A program made the translations under genes and the position numbers. From a virus (taxonomy: Duplodnaviria > Caudoviricetes), in the IMG/VR virus record IMGVR_UViG_3300033463_000029, positions 71,164 through 135,163 of that record: a stretch of DNA of 64,000 bases. One strand, given 5' to 3'. This document shows positions 18,904-29,113 of this stretch, piece after piece (position 1 is the first letter of the stretch; each line of letters opens with the position of its first letter). Under the pieces are notes generated by a model. It did not search any database and had not been told where the DNA came from. It saw only the letters and a program-made list of their open reading frames with translations.

Positions 18904-21420
18904 TTAAGCTGTTGTTGAACGATGTACGGTGATAGGAACAATAATCTTCTCCATAAGCTGTGACATCCACACACCGATTTCGCAGATGCCGAACTTGTTG
19001 TCAATAACTTCCTTGTCATTGTTATATTCGTCGCATTCTACTTCGAATTTAACAAGAGCACCAGAATCCTGCATTGCCTGAAGGATAGGGTTAACCTTTC
19101 TTTCAATCTCTGCTCTCATCGTAGGAATATTGTATGAGAATACATAGTCGTCGAGAACACCTTTACATACAATCTGAATTGTATTGAGAAGCTCTCTGCA
19201 ATGGAGATTGCTAAGGTCGGAATCAACCGTTTGATATGCGGTCTTATCACCGAAAATCATCTTAACACCATCTCTGTCGATGATTGGATTGATGCCGAAT
19301 TTCTCAAGATATCCTCTTTCTTCGTCATCGAAGTCATACTCAAGAGCGTCTATAGCAGGGTTGTCAAGAATACCGTTCTTATTAGCAATTGCCTTGTAAG
19401 GATCGCCACCATTGAACTTCTTCATGAACGCATTTGCAACATCAGCTGCCGGAGGAACAAGGAATCTACGATTTCCTTCACGATAGATAAGGAACGGTGA
19501 GAACACAGCTGCGTGTGTTGCGCCGTTATCCTCGCTAGGAAGGCTAAACATCTCAGTGCTTTCGTCGTAAATCATATCGGTGTTACCACCTTCTGGAATA
19601 TACTTGACATTGAACTGAGGTCTTGCCTGCTCTGCCTTGTCGAACCAGTCATCACCAAAGAATGGAGCGTCACTTGATGCGAACTGTGTTATTGAAGGTG
19701 CGTTGATGATTGCTGTTGCGTGGAACTTAGCCTGACCAAGCTGTGAGAGGTATTTCTTACCACCGCAGTTTGCTCTAAGACCATAAGCCATTGTGTCAAC
19801 AATGTATCTAAAGTCCATCTTATTGTTGTTAAGAAGTCCTCTTACGATACCCTCATCACCAACAGTATACTTGCCGTTTTCGTCTCTTTCTGTTGAAAGC
19901 ATTGAGTAAATCTTCTCAACACCAGCTTCGTTGTTTATTGCACCACTTGCATCGAATCCTGGCATATGTCTGCTGGAAATCTTAAGTCCCGCAAGATAGA
20001 AGAACTTGAGATTCTTTGTGATGTTTGCATAATCCTTGTGAACAGTAACCTTTCCGACAGGATCGCCTTGAGTTAAGCTGTACTCACCGTTTGTTGTGAA
20101 TTTGAAATAACCGCTTGTTCCGCTTGATGCGTCCAAAGCAACACTAGAATCTATGCTTGCTAGACCCTGTTTCTTTATTATTCTTACACAACGACCATCC
20201 TTTCCTTCTACAAAGTCACCGACAGAAACTTTAGATGCCTTTGTGCTTGCGTCAATGACATCAGCGCTTGTGAGGGCGAATTCTGTACCAGAAATCTTTA
20301 CTGCGCTGTAAGAAGCTATTGCTGCGCTTGCACCCTCAAATACATCAGAAAGGTGCCCTGTTGATGTTGCTTTGAGAGTTGTAGTTACAAAGTCAGGAAG
20401 ATATTTTGCATCAACCTCTGATTCTCCACGCTCACCGTCACCATCGATGTCAAGATAATACTTCTTTGTGTTAACGTCGTAAGCAAGTGCTTCAAGAGCC
20501 TCTTCATTTATCGAAATCATAAGACCAGTCTCATTGCTGCTCTTGTTGATTAGATAATCGATGCTCTTGAGATTTCCCTGTGCATCGGTAAAGTTAGGAA
20601 TAACGCTACCTGTCCAAGCACCAACAAGATTTACACCCTCGGCGTTTATGAATTTACCAAGCATCGCTTTCTTAAGACCGCTTGCATCGAAATATGCTGA
20701 CCAATTCTTGTCTGTGCTTAGAACTGATGCATCGTCCCAGTTTCCTGAGAATGCGTAAACATCAAAGAAGTAATCACAAACATAATCGTTAGGATTTATC
20801 CAAGCATATGGGATGTTCTCCTTTGAACCATAATAATCAAGGAATGAAAGCTTATAACCCTGAACATTCTCTGATTTTCTTACGATAACGGAAAGATCCT
20901 TTGTTCCGCAGTTTGCTATACCGAACAATGGAGCCTGTTCGAGAACTCCACTCGCGTCAACCTTTCTGAGAACATTCTGCTTGAAAGCGACATCATCTGC
21001 AATCCAGAAACGGGTTCTGTCGTACATATATGCAAAGTTAGCTTTTCCAGTAGAAGAATCTACAGAAGAGTCTGCGCTAAGCCAAGCATAACCGACCTTA
21101 TCCTTGTTATCCGCCTTGTCAGACGTATCAACTTTAAGAAGGTTCATTACATAAACAGCATCCTTACGAAGCATCGTGCGGATTGATCTATTTGTAAAGC
21201 AACCACGTCTCTCAAGTTTACGATCGATTGGTCCGAATAGTCTCGTGCAAGTGCCTGTATCTGAGAGCCAAACTGGTCTGTTGAATGGACCTCTCATATT
21301 AAAACCGACCGCTAAGCGGAGGGCATTTTGTGAAGAAGCTCCACTGATAACAGAATCGTCAATCTCAAGGAAATACACGCCAGATGCGCTATAATCTGAA
21401 AAATTTATTTTCTGAGACAT
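18904..21420 (-). CDS. Tail sheath protein (gp18-like)
   Basis: N-terminal SGVYFLEID, GPFNRP, VPPAA.V, GINPI, IFGDKT, LSNLHCRELL and C-terminal CDEYNN.EVID. Confidence 0.93.
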   Translation of the reverse strand: MSQKINFSDYSASGVYFLEIDDSVISGASSQNALRLAVGFNMRGPFNRPVWLSDTGTCTRLFGPIDRKLERRGCFTNRSIRTMLRKDAVYVMNLLKVDTSDKADNKDKVGYAWLSADSSVDSSTGKANFAYMYDRTRFWIADDVAFKQNVLRKVDASGVLEQAPLFGIANCGTKDLSVIVRKSENVQGYKLSFLDYYGSKENIPYAWINPNDYVCDYFFDVYAFSGNWDDASVLSTDKNWSAYFDASGLKKAMLGKFINAEGVNLVGAWTGSVIPNFTDAQGNLKSIDYLINKSSNETGLMISINEEALEALAYDVNTKKYYLDIDGDGERGESEVDAKYLPDFVTTTLKATSTGHLSDVFEGASAAIASYSAVKISGTEFALTSADVIDASTKASKVSVGDFVEGKDGRCVRIIKKQGLASIDSSVALDASSGTSGYFKFTTNGEYSLTQGDPVGKVTVHKDYANITKNLKFFYLAGLKISSRHMPGFDASGAINNEAGVEKIYSMLSTERDENGKYTVGDEGIVRGLLNNNKMDFRYIVDTMAYGLRANCGGKKYLSQLGQAKFHATAIINAPSITQFASSDAPFFGDDWFDKAEQARPQFNVKYIPEGGNTDMIYDESTEMFSLPSEDNGATHAAVFSPFLIYREGNRRFLVPPAADVANAFMKKFNGGDPYKAIANKNGILDNPAIDALEYDFDDEERGYLEKFGINPIIDRDGVKMIFGDKTAYQTVDSDLSNLHCRELLNTIQIVCKGVLDDYVFSYNIPTMRAEIERKVNPILQAMQDSGALVKFEVECDEYNNDKEVIDNKFGICEIGVWMSQLMEKIIVPITVHRSTTA

Positions 21421-21454
21421 ATTTTCTCTATCTTTAATTTTAGTTTTCTTTTAT

Positions 21455-21461
21455 TATTTAT
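21455..21461 (-). promoter_or_regulatory. T4-late-like element ATAAATA
   Basis: Upstream of the sheath gene and just after a terminator. Confidence 0.6.
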
Positions 21462-21480
21462 CGTACCAAGAAAACATAAA

Positions 21481-21513
21481 AAATAAAAAACGCCGATACA
21501 TTGTATCAGCGTT
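21481..21513 (-). terminator. Intrinsic terminator
   Basis: Stem aacgccgatac/gtatcagcgtt with a minus-strand T-tract. Confidence 0.65.
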
Positions 21514-21533
21514 GTTTAGTGATTGTTATTTGA

Positions 21534-22457
21534 TTATTCGTCTTCTGCGCCAAATAGGTCGCCAATGTTTTCATAATCGAAGGTTTCTGCATCATCGCCT
21601 TCTTTGTCTTTATCTTCATCACCTTCGCCTTCATCGTCACCATTACCCTCGTCGTCTGAATCCTCATCATCGTCAACGAGTTCGCCACCTATCTTTTCTT
21701 CAAGGTCTATGCCCTTCTTGTCGAGGTAATCCTTAAGTTCCATAACTGAATTTACATCAACAATGATTGTCGAATTCTCATCATCGTCTTCGCCTTCTTC
21801 GATTTCGATATCATCTTCAGCAACACCGGCGTCGATTAACTCTTCCTTACATTTCTCAGCATCTTCTTTGGCAACTGTAAGTTTGATTGCCTTCAATTCT
21901 GATTCCTCATCGTCGTCTGAGTCATCATCCTTAGAATCATCATCTCCGTCACCATCACCGTCGCCATCGTCGCTTCCTTCTGAATCAGAGTCCTTACTGT
22001 CGTCATCTGATGAATCATCTGACTTTTCTTCATCATCGGACTTATCTTCATCATCGCTCTCGTATAGTTTACGGAATTTTGCGAAACGCTCAGATACCGA
22101 TTCCACCGCTAGAGATTCTCCACCGTCGGCTTCTGCATCTTCTGATGAAACTATTCTGATTTCCAAAACAGCTACGCCCGGAACATGAAGGAAATCCACC
22201 TCTGGATCACTATCAACGTCAAGATGACGCTTTATGTCAAAATAGTAATCATCCTGCAACGATTCGATTACATTGAAAACCATATTTGCACATTCTTCTT
22301 CTGAGAAGCATGTGTCAACACCATTTATAATCTGTTCTTTAATTTCTTCTGCCGCAGCCTCATCTTCAACAGATGTGGCAACAACCTCCACATGGTATTC
22401 TGTGCCTACAGATTCGTAAAGCTTTTGTGTCTTAAAGTTAAAATATTTTCTTGCCAT
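21534..22457 (-). CDS. Highly acidic late protein (possible prohead core/scaffold-associated)
   Basis: D/E/S low-complexity tracts, two LYES motifs, and ATAAATA at 22480-22486. Confidence 0.65.
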   Translation of the reverse strand: MARKYFNFKTQKLYESVGTEYHVEVVATSVEDEAAAEEIKEQIINGVDTCFSEEECANMVFNVIESLQDDYYFDIKRHLDVDSDPEVDFLHVPGVAVLEIRIVSSEDAEADGGESLAVESVSERFAKFRKLYESDDEDKSDDEEKSDDSSDDDSKDSDSEGSDDGDGDGDGDDDSKDDDSDDDEESELKAIKLTVAKEDAEKCKEELIDAGVAEDDIEIEEGEDDDENSTIIVDVNSVMELKDYLDKKGIDLEEKIGGELVDDDEDSDDEGNGDDEGEGDEDKDKEGDDAETFDYENIGDLFGAEDE

Positions 22458-22495
22458 TATGAGAAAATTTTTCTTTTATTATTTATTTACGATTT

Positions 22496-23341
22496 TTAAA
22501 AGAAAAATCCAGATGCTTTATCGAGATATTTCTTCTCAGCATCAATCACTTTCTGTCCGTTGTTTTCAAGCTCTTTTCCGGTTAGCTCTCTAATAACGCC
22601 ATCTTTATCTAAAATGAATGCGCGTCTTACATCCAAACAATACAATTCATCGTTCATTCTTACCGGTTCGTCTTCCTGTTGAGTATGTCCAAAAACCTGA
22701 ATGCAACCAGAAAGATGTTTTTGTTCAAACAGGTGCTCTCTGACATCACACCAAACTATACTCGACGCTGGCTCAGACCCCCATCTCCAGCAGGACACGT
22801 CATCAAGATAAGCAACGAGGCGCATCTGGTCCTTAAAAAGATTGAGTTTCCAGTCGTAATTCAAAATAAAATCTAAAGTTGGCTCCTCACCTTCGGGCAA
22901 ACCGAGAAATTTCCCACGATATTTTATCCATTCTGGATTTACTCCGGCGTGACTAAACAAATATGTCTTTCCGGCGACAACTTCTTTGTAAAAGAAATCG
23001 AACATATCCCAGTTATCCATAAAGAGAGCCTTTATCTCATCTGCTCTCCAACGATCATATCGTCCACCAGAACCAGTCTCGCCAATATAAGCCATATCGT
23101 GATTTCCTATAAGCAACACGATTCTGTCGTTGTATTTCTTTTTTAACTCTATTATTTCTTTGAAAACGTCTATAGACATTTTGCTTGTTATCCCCTCGTA
23201 GCCATAAGGATCCACGTAGTCTCCCAAAAACACAATTTTCTTGTCTGTGTTTTCTAAAACTTCAGTGACCGGCTTTTTCCAGAATATTCTACCGTGAACA
23301 TCCGGAACTATAAGTATTTGTAAATTTTCTAAATCTTTCAT
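22496..23341 (-). CDS. Calcineurin-like metallophosphoesterase
   Basis: Motifs PDVHG, LGDYVD, GNHD, SHAG and FGHT. Confidence 0.92.
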   Translation of the reverse strand: MKDLENLQILIVPDVHGRIFWKKPVTEVLENTDKKIVFLGDYVDPYGYEGITSKMSIDVFKEIIELKKKYNDRIVLLIGNHDMAYIGETGSGGRYDRWRADEIKALFMDNWDMFDFFYKEVVAGKTYLFSHAGVNPEWIKYRGKFLGLPEGEEPTLDFILNYDWKLNLFKDQMRLVAYLDDVSCWRWGSEPASSIVWCDVREHLFEQKHLSGCIQVFGHTQQEDEPVRMNDELYCLDVRRAFILDKDGVIRELTGKELENNGQKVIDAEKKYLDKASGFFF

Positions 23342-23342
23342 A

Positions 23343-23816
23343 TTAAAACAATTCTGTTTCTGTTAGTTCTTTTCCTTCGTCATTCAACAAAACTACCCCT
23401 GAGTGATCATGCTTTAATTCAAGCTCATTGCATTCAATTCCGCATAACAGCTTTAACAGTTTTGCAAATATGTGTCTGTGGCAAAAGTCACCCGGCTTTT
23501 CATAACACATAAAAACAATGGCTTCATATTTATCCTGTTTTGCAAAGTCCACGACAGCATCAAGAAACGGAGGCAACGTATATTGTGTAAACTGAGATAG
23601 AATATGTTTCACATATCTTCTTTTGTATCCATCTTCGGTTTCTCGCCCAGCCTTAAAGTCATTCAATAAATCATACGGTGGAGCAAATCTACTGTACGGT
23701 TCACCTGAAACAAAGTTGTCTCTATCTATAAACGGAACACTCCTGCTAATACCTATACAAAGGTAATTATCAGGAATCTCCCTCATTGCTCCATAATATG
23801 ATGTATAGAATTTCAT
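23343..23816 (-). CDS. DUF488-family protein
   Basis: YTSYY...ISRS...APP..LL...Y...CYEKPGDFCHRH. Confidence 0.8.
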   Translation of the reverse strand: MKFYTSYYGAMREIPDNYLCIGISRSVPFIDRDNFVSGEPYSRFAPPYDLLNDFKAGRETEDGYKRRYVKHILSQFTQYTLPPFLDAVVDFAKQDKYEAIVFMCYEKPGDFCHRHIFAKLLKLLCGIECNELELKHDHSGVVLLNDEGKELTETELF

Positions 23817-25087
23817 TAGAACAAACTGACATTATATGTCAAACTTGGAGGAACTTCATTATATCCGATTGCGCTTATAATTCTGTTGAGTGGAGAAAGC
23901 AGCATTTTGTCAAATTGAACATCAACATTAATCGGAGGTGCAAACTCAGCCGGAAAATCATCAGGAATGAATCCAAACACATCATCGTCATTTATATAAT
24001 AAAACCTAACTTTATCGTTTGATTTTATTGTATCATACTTGCTAAGATATTTCTTTCCTTTGTTGTACAATATGTTGTTGTACGTTGCGGCCGCTCTGAC
24101 ATGAATAGGAAGAGGAGCCTTCTTTCCATCAGCTGTAGTATTCTCAAAATATTGAACAACAGGTCCCTTATCATCTTTCACAAAGTTCTCATAATTCGAA
24201 CAGTTGACAGTTTTCGATATGTCGTTCGGAGATTGCATTGCAAACCTTTTCTTTATTTCTCTAAGAACCTGAACTATTTCTCCCATAGTCGGTTTCTTTC
24301 CATCGTTCAATTTCGACAATACAAACTCGGTGAAATACTTCATCTCCTTTCTACAATAGTTTGTAACAGTACCTTTAACGACATCATATCCGGTATATGT
24401 TATATGAGAAAGAGGTTCATAATACATATTTGGATCCGCCCAAGCAACGTCGCAAATGTAGTTCTTTTTCGAGAGCATTATAATTGTTCTCGATATCTTT
24501 TCTAGTTCGAACTTTTCAAGATTCTTATCACAATTAAACGCCTTTGCATATTCTTCGAACTTATCATCCAAGAATTTATCCAAAACGCAACGATGAACAG
24601 CAAGAGAAAACTCAGTCTGTTGCTCTTTAGGTATTCCGTACATACGAATAAGAGGCTCCATAGTAATGTATGCAGAATCAGTATCACCGTAGCACTGTAA
24701 TGTGTCAAAGCTGAGTTGATTCGTTGATGCGATGCGAAGAAAAGACTCATCATCAAACTCCGCAAACCTCTCTTTCATATATGCGGCTATCTTTTTGTGC
24801 CCCTCTACATCTTTATGCCACTGTTCCTTGAAATACTTGTTAATCTGAACAACAGAATACTTGATAAGATGTTGTCCCTGAAGCGTAATGGATTCGGCGA
24901 TATCAGTGTTTGCAAGATTAAAGAATTTTGTTCCGAACACACCATAAACAGAGTTGATGAACGTTTTTGCGCTCAACTGCATGGTGTTCCAATATTCTTC
25001 CTGATCGCCGAACTCCTCTATCTTTTTCTCAAGCTCATCAATAGGACATGTATATGGGTCAAATCCAAGCTTATCTTTATCTATCAT
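23816..25087 (-). CDS. Family B DNA polymerase, C-terminal half only (split gp43B-like)
   Basis: Motif B QLSAKTFINSVYG, AESITLQGQ, motif C YGDTDS and KKNY. No exonuclease domain or motif A. Confidence 0.9.
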   Translation of the reverse strand: MIDKDKLGFDPYTCPIDELEKKIEEFGDQEEYWNTMQLSAKTFINSVYGVFGTKFFNLANTDIAESITLQGQHLIKYSVVQINKYFKEQWHKDVEGHKKIAAYMKERFAEFDDESFLRIASTNQLSFDTLQCYGDTDSAYITMEPLIRMYGIPKEQQTEFSLAVHRCVLDKFLDDKFEEYAKAFNCDKNLEKFELEKISRTIIMLSKKNYICDVAWADPNMYYEPLSHITYTGYDVVKGTVTNYCRKEMKYFTEFVLSKLNDGKKPTMGEIVQVLREIKKRFAMQSPNDISKTVNCSNYENFVKDDKGPVVQYFENTTADGKKAPLPIHVRAAATYNNILYNKGKKYLSKYDTIKSNDKVRFYYINDDDVFGFIPDDFPAEFAPPINVDVQFDKMLLSPLNRIISAIGYNEVPPSLTYNVSLF

Positions 25088-25108
25088 TTGAATTTACTTT
25101 ATTTTTTG

Positions 25109-25116
25109 CAAATATA
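25109..25116 (-). promoter_or_regulatory. Bacteroidota-type -7 element TATATTTG
   Basis: Intergenic, 21 nt before the PolB-C start. Confidence 0.7.
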
Positions 25117-25123
25117 CTACTTT

Positions 25124-25663
25124 TTAAAATAACTCTATACTCTCAGGAACAAATTTTTTCTCTACTGTCACTATAGTGTCATTGTGCCATCCTCCGTGAG
25201 CAACAAGCAAAATTTCAACAATGTCAAACCCATATTTCATTCCTATTCCGCCGGAATTCCAGCCACAGGTTATAACTATTCCACCATTCTTCACTATTCT
25301 ACCAATTTGTTCTTTCTGGTCAGACCAATATGAAGCCTGTGTGGTTTCCATGTTTACGGTCTTTCCCATTTTACTATAACATTCTGCAACCTGTCTTGGT
25401 GAATATGGAGGGTCGTACAGCACGGTGTCAACCGAGTTATCATCAAACTTCTTCAAAAAATCTATTGCATCTAAGGTGTAGTCTGTTCCATATTGAGGAT
25501 CAATGTCATTCGTTATATCCGCTATAACGTTAACATTCGCAAACGGGTCAATCGTCAACCCCCTCTTATATTTGTATATGATATCTCGAATCGGCTGTAT
25601 GTCAAACGTGTTTGAGTTCGGCATAGCCCAGCACCTTGTAATTTTTATATCTTCCTGCTCCAT
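25124..25663 (-). CDS. Small adenine-specific DNA methyltransferase
   Basis: IDPFAN, DAIDFLK, catalytic DPPYSPRQ and C-terminal HGGWHND. Confidence 0.8.
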   Translation of the reverse strand: MEQEDIKITRCWAMPNSNTFDIQPIRDIIYKYKRGLTIDPFANVNVIADITNDIDPQYGTDYTLDAIDFLKKFDDNSVDTVLYDPPYSPRQVAECYSKMGKTVNMETTQASYWSDQKEQIGRIVKNGGIVITCGWNSGGIGMKYGFDIVEILLVAHGGWHNDTIVTVEKKFVPESIELF

Positions 25664-26508
25664 TAAAACAACTCTATTTCCTTTGGCTCAACCACATCAT
25701 AATTTGTTATGATTAGTTCTTTCCCTGTCATATCGGCATCCTCAGTCACGTTCCTCATCCCATATGCAAATTCAAAAGGCATTATATTAAAATCTTTATA
25801 CAATTCTCTTATATAAGGACAATCATCATATGTTATGAGCCATTTATGTTTGCATTTCCCGACAGCATCTCTAAACCTTTCATGGTCAAACCCTTTGTGA
25901 AGTTCTCCGTTCTTTCCGTACAGCGCAGAATCTGTGGCAGAATAATACGGAGGGTCTAAAAATATGAAAACATCTTCTCCATCTGCTTCGAGAAGCTCGG
26001 AATAGTCTTCACAAGTAAGTTTAACGTTATCGTCAAATGCCCAAGAACAATATCTTATTCTATCTATCGATGATTTTGTAAACCTTTTTTCATATGACTC
26101 CTGTGAATATCCACCGCTCAGCGATGTGCCAGAAAACGTAATTCTGTTTATTATAAAGAAAAACGTAGCTCTCTCGATATCTTTACATTTTTTAGAAATA
26201 CCTTCCACGCAATATTCATACATAGATTTCCCATCAACGCCATCCTTATGGGAATAATAATTGTTTACGCTTGCTATAAGATAATTTGGATTTTCTTTAA
26301 CAAGTTTCCAAAAGCAAAACAAATCATAATACAGGTCGTTAACCCAGTATTTTTTATCCTTATTACTGGATTTTGTAGCTAAAAACACTGAGCCTCCACC
26401 GAGGAACGGTTCTCGGTACTCAGAAAACGAAGGAAACAAAGTTACCAAATGTTCGGCAACTTTGCTTTTACCTCCGGGATATCTTAACGGCGTTTTATAT
26501 TTTGTCAA
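25663..26508 (-). CDS. dam: Dam-family (D12 class) N6-adenine methyltransferase
   Basis: PLRYPGGKS, EPFLGGGSV, VNDL and FLDPPY. Recognition site not determinable. Confidence 0.88.
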   Translation of the reverse strand: MTKYKTPLRYPGGKSKVAEHLVTLFPSFSEYREPFLGGGSVFLATKSSNKDKKYWVNDLYYDLFCFWKLVKENPNYLIASVNNYYSHKDGVDGKSMYEYCVEGISKKCKDIERATFFFIINRITFSGTSLSGGYSQESYEKRFTKSSIDRIRYCSWAFDDNVKLTCEDYSELLEADGEDVFIFLDPPYYSATDSALYGKNGELHKGFDHERFRDAVGKCKHKWLITYDDCPYIRELYKDFNIMPFEFAYGMRNVTEDADMTGKELIITNYDVVEPKEIELF

Positions 26509-27515
26509 AATTCAATACCTTTTAATTTTTCAGACACTTCTTTTGTGTATTCATCATCAACAGAAATGAGATTAACAAATTCATTTTCTCTTATTGTTTT
26601 AGAAAGAACAAGAGGATTATGGGAAACCAATATTATCTGACAGCCATATTCTTTGGCAACTCTTGGAAAGAATTCTGTATATAGGAATATGACGTGAAGA
26701 ACATCAAGGCTCTTATCAATCTCATCAAATATTATTGTATACGGAGATTCAACAGAATACTTAGGAAGTGTCTTGAAATATTCTATCTCAGATTTATATG
26801 ACGACGCCCAAGCCTCGTTGACTCTGTTAATTTCTTTAACTAAAGGAGACACGAAATTTTCCAACGAATTCTTTTTTGTGCATACCTTGAGAACATTGTT
26901 CAACATAAATGAAGATAACTGACCGGCAGAAATACTGTTTCCATACATATGATATCCGATTTCAGACTCTGTGTTTCCACCGAACAACATGTCCCCCATC
27001 GCACCAAATTCAGAAAACCTAGAAGACCGCAGAACATCTGGATCATATGCATACACCGGGGTTCCATCCCACTTCACAACTGATGAATTCTTCTTGAATT
27101 TGTTTATGACAACATTTATGTCATTCTTTTCTTCTCCCCAACCAAAATCAAGAGGCTCAATAAATTTTGGGCTTCCGGATTCTTCTATAAGCGCTGTACC
27201 CTTTATCTGCTTAAGAATTGTAGATTTTCCAGATGCGTTTGGTCCAAAAAGTATATTGACCTTTCCATCCTCGAAACGAAACGTCTTCCCTATGAGATTC
27301 TTTGCACACGGAAGAGCATAAGAATCCTTTACGGTTTCCCATGTTTTAATGTCTTTATAATATTTTCTGAGGGCTTTTCTATAAGCCTTTTCTTGTTCAA
27401 CCGGATCTAAAATCCTACGAAAATCCCTGTCGGATTTTGACGGTCTTCCCGGCTTCTCCGGCTTATCGTAAATGTATCCTGTTCCGTTCTCTGGAAAATA
27501 TACAGATTCAACCAT
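26505..27515 (-). CDS. Stand-alone ABC-type ATPase
   Basis: Walker A GPNASGKST, signature SAGQ, Walker B IIFDEID and H-loop VSHNP. Confidence 0.85.
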   Translation of the reverse strand: MVESVYFPENGTGYIYDKPEKPGRPSKSDRDFRRILDPVEQEKAYRKALRKYYKDIKTWETVKDSYALPCAKNLIGKTFRFEDGKVNILFGPNASGKSTILKQIKGTALIEESGSPKFIEPLDFGWGEEKNDINVVINKFKKNSSVVKWDGTPVYAYDPDVLRSSRFSEFGAMGDMLFGGNTESEIGYHMYGNSISAGQLSSFMLNNVLKVCTKKNSLENFVSPLVKEINRVNEAWASSYKSEIEYFKTLPKYSVESPYTIIFDEIDKSLDVLHVIFLYTEFFPRVAKEYGCQIILVSHNPLVLSKTIRENEFVNLISVDDEYTKEVSEKLKGIEF

Positions 27516-27523
27516 ATTCTTAA

Positions 27524-27739
27524 TTATTCGTTATCGAGACGTTTCCAAACACAATCCAGAAAATCGTCTATGTTTTTATCCAAATAAAAACAATCAACCT
27601 TGTCGATAAACTGAACATCTCTGGCTACGTTACCAAAAATTTCCTCAACAGCATTAAAAACAGACTGACCCTTACGCCAGTCTTTTGGATAGGTTCTTAC
27701 CTTTTCCCAAACGAGAGTTATGAATTCTTCGTATGACAT
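27524..27739 (-). CDS. Small hypothetical phage protein
   Basis: 71 aa with WRKGQ..FN and DCFY motifs. Confidence 0.7.
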   Translation of the reverse strand: MSYEEFITLVWEKVRTYPKDWRKGQSVFNAVEEIFGNVARDVQFIDKVDCFYLDKNIDDFLDCVWKRLDNE

Positions 27740-27747
27740 ATATTTGT

Positions 27748-28176
27748 TTATTTCTTTATCCAGTACCCGTACAGGCTCTTATACCCGCAATCCCATATGT
27801 CCGCATATTTTCCGTTCTTTCCTCCGACCACGTGATTTGAAACTCTCATCACGTAGGAATCATTCGGGTGTTTCTCAGCAAACTCGGCGACGGTTGGTCT
27901 ATTTTCTCCGCGTTTCGGTTTGATCGCGTGCCATTCAAACCCTTGGGATTCGAGATAGTCTGTAATGTTTTCAGTAAGACCGAGATTCCACTGATTCCTT
28001 CGTGCGGACTCGACCATTCCGTCAAAAACTTCTAGCCAAGTCTTTCCGGTCGCTGCACATATACATCTTATATGGCAGTCCCCGCATTTATGAATATTTG
28101 GCTGAAAATATTCAAAATTCTTAAAATAGACATCAACTTTTTCTCGTCCCAAATTAAGCGTTTTAATCTTTTTCAT
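27748..28176 (-). CDS. Hypothetical protein, possible papain/C39-like fold
   Basis: GDCHIRCI..ATG..W, NHVV and YADIWD give a Cys-His-Asp-like arrangement. Confidence 0.55.
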   Translation of the reverse strand: MKKIKTLNLGREKVDVYFKNFEYFQPNIHKCGDCHIRCICAATGKTWLEVFDGMVESARRNQWNLGLTENITDYLESQGFEWHAIKPKRGENRPTVAEFAEKHPNDSYVMRVSNHVVGGKNGKYADIWDCGYKSLYGYWIKK

Positions 28177-28200
28177 TTCTTTTATTATTTAAATCTAATA

Positions 28201-28232
28201 CAAAGATAATGAATATTTTTCAGACTTCCAAA
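28201..28232 (-). promoter_or_regulatory. Bacteroidota-type promoter TTTG-N20-TATCTTTG
   Basis: Both the -33 element (28229-28232) and the -7 element (28201-28208) are present at canonical spacing. Confidence 0.75.
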
Positions 28233-29104
28233 TCTTTTTCAACTTTGTTTACTTTTATTTCATATCCAGTTTGCTCAGATATGTATTTTGATATGGTTTT
28301 TTTCTTTCTGTCACCCAAATCATAAACAATCGTGTTATCCTTGAGAGGTGAACCAAAAACGCAAATGGGGTTATGACATATACACAGCACGTCTGCATTA
28401 AATACAACAGCAATGTTTGTGAGAAGCCTATGAAATTTAAATTGCGCAGAAATGTCAAACCCTTCATCAACTTCATCAACCACAATCAGAACTCGTTTAT
28501 CATATGCACGTTTCTTCTCTTTGAATTCATTCGTTGAAAAATTTGTCGTTTTCTGTATTTTATCAATAAACCTTCCGAGCATATCTTTAGCTTTCTGCCC
28601 TTTTGAAATACGTCCAGAAACAAATCCTCCACCAGCAACAAATCCAGCAGCCGTTGCAGCGTTTATAAAAGATGTCGGGTCATCATCTATACTATCCAAA
28701 ACAAAAACATAATCGTACACATCAATACCAGAAACATCGACGACCGTTGTGTTTTTGTATATCGCGTCATCGTTGTTTGTCATTCCGTCGAACAACTCTT
28801 TATTTACATCAAAAAGAGAGTTTTTCTTTGCACGTATATAATGCATAAGTGTTGTTTTCCCACACCCGTTTGGACCAACAATGTACGTTGGAGTTCCCTT
28901 TATTGCTTCTATACATATTTCGTCGCCAGATTTAAAACATCTGTCGTCACGGTTAAATTTGAATGAAATCTTATTTGTAGTACCAGCTAAATCAAAAATT
29001 TTGTTCTCGTTATCAATCACTCCATGTGTGGTAGCATCCGCACGGCCACCACCAACGGAACAACCTTTCTTAGTATCGTCTATATCATTCATGCATTGAA
29101 TCAA
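28220..29104 (-). CDS. Second stand-alone ABC-type ATPase
   Basis: Motifs GPNGCGKTT, SKGQ, IVVDEVDEGFD and ICHNP. Confidence 0.85.
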   Translation of the reverse strand: MIQCMNDIDDTKKGCSVGGGRADATTHGVIDNENKIFDLAGTTNKISFKFNRDDRCFKSGDEICIEAIKGTPTYIVGPNGCGKTTLMHYIRAKKNSLFDVNKELFDGMTNNDDAIYKNTTVVDVSGIDVYDYVFVLDSIDDDPTSFINAATAAGFVAGGGFVSGRISKGQKAKDMLGRFIDKIQKTTNFSTNEFKEKKRAYDKRVLIVVDEVDEGFDISAQFKFHRLLTNIAVVFNADVLCICHNPICVFGSPLKDNTIVYDLGDRKKKTISKYISEQTGYEIKVNKVEKDLEV

Positions 29105-29113
29105 TTATTTTTA

